Under the pieces are notes generated by a model. That model saw only the letters and a list, made by a program, of their open reading frames with translations. It had not been told where the DNA came from and did no database searches. Source: Geobacteraceae bacterium (GTDB taxonomy: Bacteria > Desulfobacterota > Desulfuromonadia > Geobacterales > Geobacteraceae). From it: 64,000 nt of DNA. The stretch covers positions 196 through 64,195 of the forward strand of contig JAYFNT010000030.1 in NCBI GenBank assembly GCA_034933285.1, given 5' to 3'. Shown one piece after another: positions 60,632 through 64,000 of this stretch (position 1 is its first letter; the number at the start of each line of letters is the position of its first letter). The translations under genes and the position numbers were made by a program.

Positions 60632-60690
60632 GGGGGCAGGTCTCAACACTTGACATTGAATGTTGATTGTTGAGACCTGACCCCTGGGGT
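60632..60690. repeat. GTCAGGTCT-family hairpin repeat
   Basis: CAGGTCTCAACA (60637-60648) / TGTTGAGACCTG (60668-60679), followed by ACCCCTGGGG. A half-copy, CCCTGACCCCTGGGGG, is at 61131-61151. Confidence 0.8.
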
Positions 60691-60735
60691 TCCCGGGTGG
60701 ACTGTCGGGTGATTACCATCTCTGTATAAATAGAA

Positions 60736-61077
60736 TTATTTACCATATGATGTTTTCAGAATATTGCCCGTTATGGGATCGATAGTTACATCTAAACCAT
60801 CCCAGTTACACAGTATCAACTCATTGTTCATTATTTTCATGCCAGTATATGGGCTGTCTTGATATACATGGTCAATTTTGGGAATCTGCCATAATAGGTT
60901 GCCATTATGTGATATTCCATATACGTTTTCATTGAACAAAACTTTGTATGGAATATCGAGTCGTACAATTATAACTTCTGGAAATATCATTAATTCAGTA
61001 ATATTATGCTGAAATGGAATGGTTATTCCTGATTTTAAAAAGAGAATATTTGATTTGAAAACAATATTTTCTGCCAT
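60736..61077 (-). CDS. hypothetical small protein (possible orphan immunity gene)
   Basis: 113-aa AT-rich ORF with predicted beta-rich sequence, downstream of the RHS toxin in the same orientation. Confidence 0.4.
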   Translation of the reverse strand: MAENIVFKSNILFLKSGITIPFQHNITELMIFPEVIIVRLDIPYKVLFNENVYGISHNGNLLWQIPKIDHVYQDSPYTGMKIMNNELILCNWDGLDVTIDPITGNILKTSYGK

Positions 61078-61184
61078 TTATAAATCCCTTGTATTTTTAT
61101 AAGCTGACTCAGGAAGCCTATCTTGAAATGTGTAGCCCTGACCCCTGGGGGTGTCCCTTGTAGTTCTTCGTGCTAACAGTATTT

Positions 61185-61439
61185 TCAAATTGATTTACTT
61201 AGCTTATTAAGCAGACTATACCATTCACTTATTGATAAACTTTTTACATACAAGTCACCAAGCCATTTAGGGTGACACATATCTTTTATTTTACGTGCAA
61301 TGATAATTTTATCTTCCTTAGAAGAGGAAAAATAATTTACAACCAAGTCTTCAAGTGTATCCGCTTCTTCTGATAAATTATTTTCTGTCAGTATCTCTAA
61401 TATTCTGGCAATAGCTTCTGTGTTCAAAATTATCCTCAT
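61185..61439 (-). CDS. hypothetical small helical protein (possible orphan immunity gene)
   Basis: 84-aa AT-rich ORF in the same orientation. The upstream segment 61440-61650 contains a degenerate RHS-boundary-like peptide. Confidence 0.4.
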   Translation of the reverse strand: MRIILNTEAIARILEILTENNLSEEADTLEDLVVNYFSSSKEDKIIIARKIKDMCHPKWLGDLYVKSLSISEWYSLLNKLSKSI

Positions 61440-61650
61440 TATAGCGCAACTGCGCCGTCATATCTGCCAGCTTTAGTTACACTTGCCAATCGCCACCTGT
61501 CCTCTCTGTGCCCCATGTCGGTTGAGGAGCAACACGTCCTACGAGTAACAATTGATCTCGTGTTAAGAATATTGTTTCTAAAATCTGTGCAGTATTGGAT
61601 GGAGGTGACCTCTCGGGTTTCCTAACCTACCTACGTCCCCTTATTCCTTT

Positions 61651-62094
61651 TTATTTTACTCGCACTTTAATCTGCCAAGTTTCTTTCACACTATCACCAA
61701 CAACCACAGCTCCATCAATTAGTATTATTCTAGAATCATAAATACGAACTTTCAAATCCTTAACTCCGTCATTATAAGGTAGCTCCTTTTTGCAATGAGG
61801 GCACTTTACGTTTGCCCAAAGGGTAAATTGCCCACCATCTAAAGCTGGTGGAGCATCTTTTAGACATTCTTTCCAGATGATTTCAAGCTCAGCTAGTAAT
61901 AGTTTTTTATTCTCTAATATTTCGTGTACTTTTTCTCCATCGCTTTTTCTAAGCAAGACATCATTGCTTGAATCTGAATAAAAAAATGGAGTTGGTACAA
62001 ACCAATTGACAAAATAGGTGTATAGAATTGTTTTGCTGCAGAATGGACATTCCAATGTCCATCCATCACGTATTATTTGTTCCGGTTCGTTCAT
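61651..62094 (-). CDS. zinc-ribbon protein, candidate cognate immunity protein of the RHS C-terminal toxin
   Basis: 147 aa with two CxxC pairs (CPFC, CPHC). Its ATG overlaps the RHS TGA (ATGA at 62091-62094). It shares the AT-rich composition of the toxin tip. Confidence 0.55.
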   Translation of the reverse strand: MNEPEQIIRDGWTLECPFCSKTILYTYFVNWFVPTPFFYSDSSNDVLLRKSDGEKVHEILENKKLLLAELEIIWKECLKDAPPALDGGQFTLWANVKCPHCKKELPYNDGVKDLKVRIYDSRIILIDGAVVVGDSVKETWQIKVRVK

Positions 62095-64000
62095 GGTTCA
62101 ACCTCCACAATAATCTGCCGAATACCCGGCCCTCCAGCACTTGGAATCCCTTGTATGGTTATCTCAGGTCCACCTCCAGGAAGGCCATTTCCTCCACCTT
62201 TAAATATAACATTTCCTGATATAGGTGAAGCGGGCGTACGCTTTGGAATGTCACGAACAATAGACAAAATATTTCTTGATTCTAACGATTTTGGAATTAA
62301 CCCCAACTCATTTTCAAGTTGGCGAGCTTGTGCGTTTGTAATTCGTATTCGATTTCCTTTTGGAAGTTTCCCAATTATTTTGGTTATTGCCTCGGGTGTC
62401 GTCACGAATGTTCGCCCGCCTCTACCAATTATTCGATATTTCACAGCCACGCTTCGTGGTGTTATATTTGCTCCGGTTTTAAAAATAGAATTCTTGCACA
62501 ACCCCAACGGATCGACCCACTGCATGGGGTCATGCACATAACCATGGGTCCTGAGCCCTCCTTCCAGCCCGATGGGGTCGGGGCTCAAATACTGCCCGCT
62601 GTCTGGATCATAATACCGATTCAGGTTGTAGAAAAGACCTGTTTCCGCATCCTCCCACTGGTTCTGGAACCTGAGGCTGCAGCCGACAAGGGGCAGATGG
62701 CTGTCTGGCCTCGTCTTCAGCGGCTTGACGGTTGTTCTTCCCCACAGCTCCTGATCTGCCTGCCACAGACATTCGCCGTCGGCGTCGAACATCTCCTTCG
62801 GCGTACCCAGGTGATCGGTGACGATGAGGTGGAAGTTCGCCTCCGTGTCTTCCTTGCCTGAAACGGTGCGCGTTTCCTTGGCGACCGGGTTGAACGTTCC
62901 CGGCTCGAAGTGCCAGCGGGTGGTGGCAAGCAGCGAGTCGTCTTCACGGGGATCGGTTTCCCATTCTTCGATAAGCGTGGCGCCCTGCCAGAAATAATAT
63001 GTCGATAGTTGTTTGCCGGACTCTCCCGCCTTGAGGCATTCTTTCCTGATGCGCCTGCCGAAGGCGTCGTAGGTGTAGCGCCAGACGGCGCCGTCCGGCG
63101 TTCTGGTTTCGACGAGCCGGTCAAAATCATCCCAGAGGTATCTCCAGGTCTTGGGTCGGAAGCCGTTGCGCTCGATTCTTTTTTCCGTCACCCGGCCGCG
63201 GACGTCATAGCGGTAGCTGGTCGGTCCGATGGCCCGGACGGTCCCGTCCCGGTAGCGGTGACTCTGGCCGGAGCTCTCGGCCAGGTTGAGGAGCTCGTCG
63301 TAGCTGAACCGCTCTTCGACGTGCTTGTTCAGGCCGGTCTGGCGGATGATGCCGGTGACCTGGTCGCGCGGATCGTAATGATAGCTGCTTGAACCACGCT
63401 TGTTGTCGCTTATCCCGATCAGCCTCCCGGACTTGTCCAGGCGGTAGCGGCGCGACACCTCGGCCAGCCGCTCATGGGTCGAGAGCTGCCGCTCCCGCCC
63501 GGCCAGCTGGCGCTTCAGCCGTCCGCACGGGTCGTAGCTCTGCTTCAGGGTGAAAGCGTCGAGCGGCTTTTTGTCTTCTGCCCGGTACTGCCTCTGGGTT
63601 TCCAGCCCCCGCTCGTCCCTGGTGAAATCCAGGCTGTGGCCGTTGCTTTCCAGCCCTTTCAGCTGACCTGCCTTGTCGAAGCCGTAGCGCGTCGCGCCTG
63701 TTGGGCTGGTGCGGCTGATGCAGCGGCCCGAGGCATCGTACGCGTATTCGAAGTCAATGCCGTTCTGGATCTCTTTTGCCAGCCATCCCTTGTCGTCGTA
63801 AACGAACTGCAGGTCGCTTTCCCGCTCCTCGTTTTCCTTGCCGAAGGTCGATGCCCTGACGAGACGGTCGGAATTGTCGTATTCATAGCTGATGCGCTGT
63901 TTTTCGGTATCGACTGCAGCAATCCGGTCCTGTTCGTCCCAGGTGAGGCGCTGCTCGACGCCGTCGGGCAGCCGCTTGGAGATGACGCGGCCTATCGCGT
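62091..64000 (-). CDS. RHS/YD-repeat polymorphic toxin, 3' part (5' end outside the window)
   Basis: YD repeats (YRYD..GR., WRYTYDAFGRR). By my own partial translation the frame is open at least to about 63700, and no annotated ORF boundary interrupts it. The core-end motif is RYYDPDSGQYLSPDPIGLEGG...YVHDPMQWVDPLGL. A 135-aa C-terminal domain follows (62094-62498). Confidence 0.85.
   Translation of the reverse strand, partial: AIGRVISKRLPDGVEQRLTWDEQDRIAAVDTEKQRISYEYDNSDRLVRASTFGKENEERESDLQFVYDDKGWLAKEIQNGIDFEYAYDASGRCISRTSPTGATRYGFDKAGQLKGLESNGHSLDFTRDERGLETQRQYRAEDKKPLDAFTLKQSYDPCGRLKRQLAGRERQLSTHERLAEVSRRYRLDKSGRLIGISDNKRGSSSYHYDPRDQVTGIIRQTGLNKHVEERFSYDELLNLAESSGQSHRYRDGTVRAIGPTSYRYDVRGRVTEKRIERNGFRPKTWRYLWDDFDRLVETRTPDGAVWRYTYDAFGRRIRKECLKAGESGKQLSTYYFWQGATLIEEWETDPREDDSLLATTRWHFEPGTFNPVAKETRTVSGKEDTEANFHLIVTDHLGTPKEMFDADGECLWQADQELWGRTTVKPLKTRPDSHLPLVGCSLRFQNQWEDAETGLFYNLNRYYDPDSGQYLSPDPIGLEGGLRTHGYVHDPMQWVDPLGLCKNSIFKTGANITPRSVAVKYRIIGRGGRTFVTTPEAITKIIGKLPKGNRIRITNAQARQLENELGLIPKSLESRNILSIVRDIPKRTPASPISGNVIFKGGGNGLPGGGPEITIQGIPSAGGPGIRQIIVEVEP

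Overview
High-GC (about 60% by eye) chromosomal segment that looks like a Geobacter/Desulfuromonadales-type deltaproteobacterium. This guess rests on gene content, a GEMM-I riboswitch and typical intergenic repeat families. No similarity search was possible.

Positions 1-51.3 kb are mostly core genes:
- Housekeeping: ispG, proS, pyrF, rlmB, rlmD, glgC, htpG, a yifB/comM-like ATPase and a class II photolyase.
- A trp cluster, trpE-G-D-(Uma2 nuclease)-C-B2-F-B, with no trpA in the window.
- Two efflux operons: a ybhGFSR-like HlyD plus two ATPases plus two ABC-2 permeases, and MacA-MacB with a NodT-family outer-membrane factor.

From about 51.4 kb to the window end the composition becomes mosaic and often AT-rich, which indicates an accessory island. 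It carries:
- A translationally coupled SIR2-HerA anti-phage pair.
- A low-GC RsgA GTPase copy, a cupin and an M48 lipoprotein peptidase.
- A DUF4143 AAA ATPase with an operator-like palindrome over its promoter.
- A SHOCT-domain membrane protein.
- The 3' part of an RHS/YD-repeat polymorphic toxin gene. Its AT-rich, histidine-free C-terminal domain follows the DPLGL boundary and is ATGA-coupled to a zinc-ribbon immunity candidate. Three more small immunity-like ORFs follow.

Non-coding highlights:
- A GEMM-I riboswitch with a terminator expression platform upstream of an outer-membrane beta-barrel gene. It has an A at the position I align with Vc2 G20, making it a candidate cGAMP-type GEMM-Ib.
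- Heptanucleotide tandem arrays and AT-rich hairpins between cistrons.
- Several dispersed palindromic repeat families.

No tRNA, rRNA, CRISPR array or intact transposase was seen.
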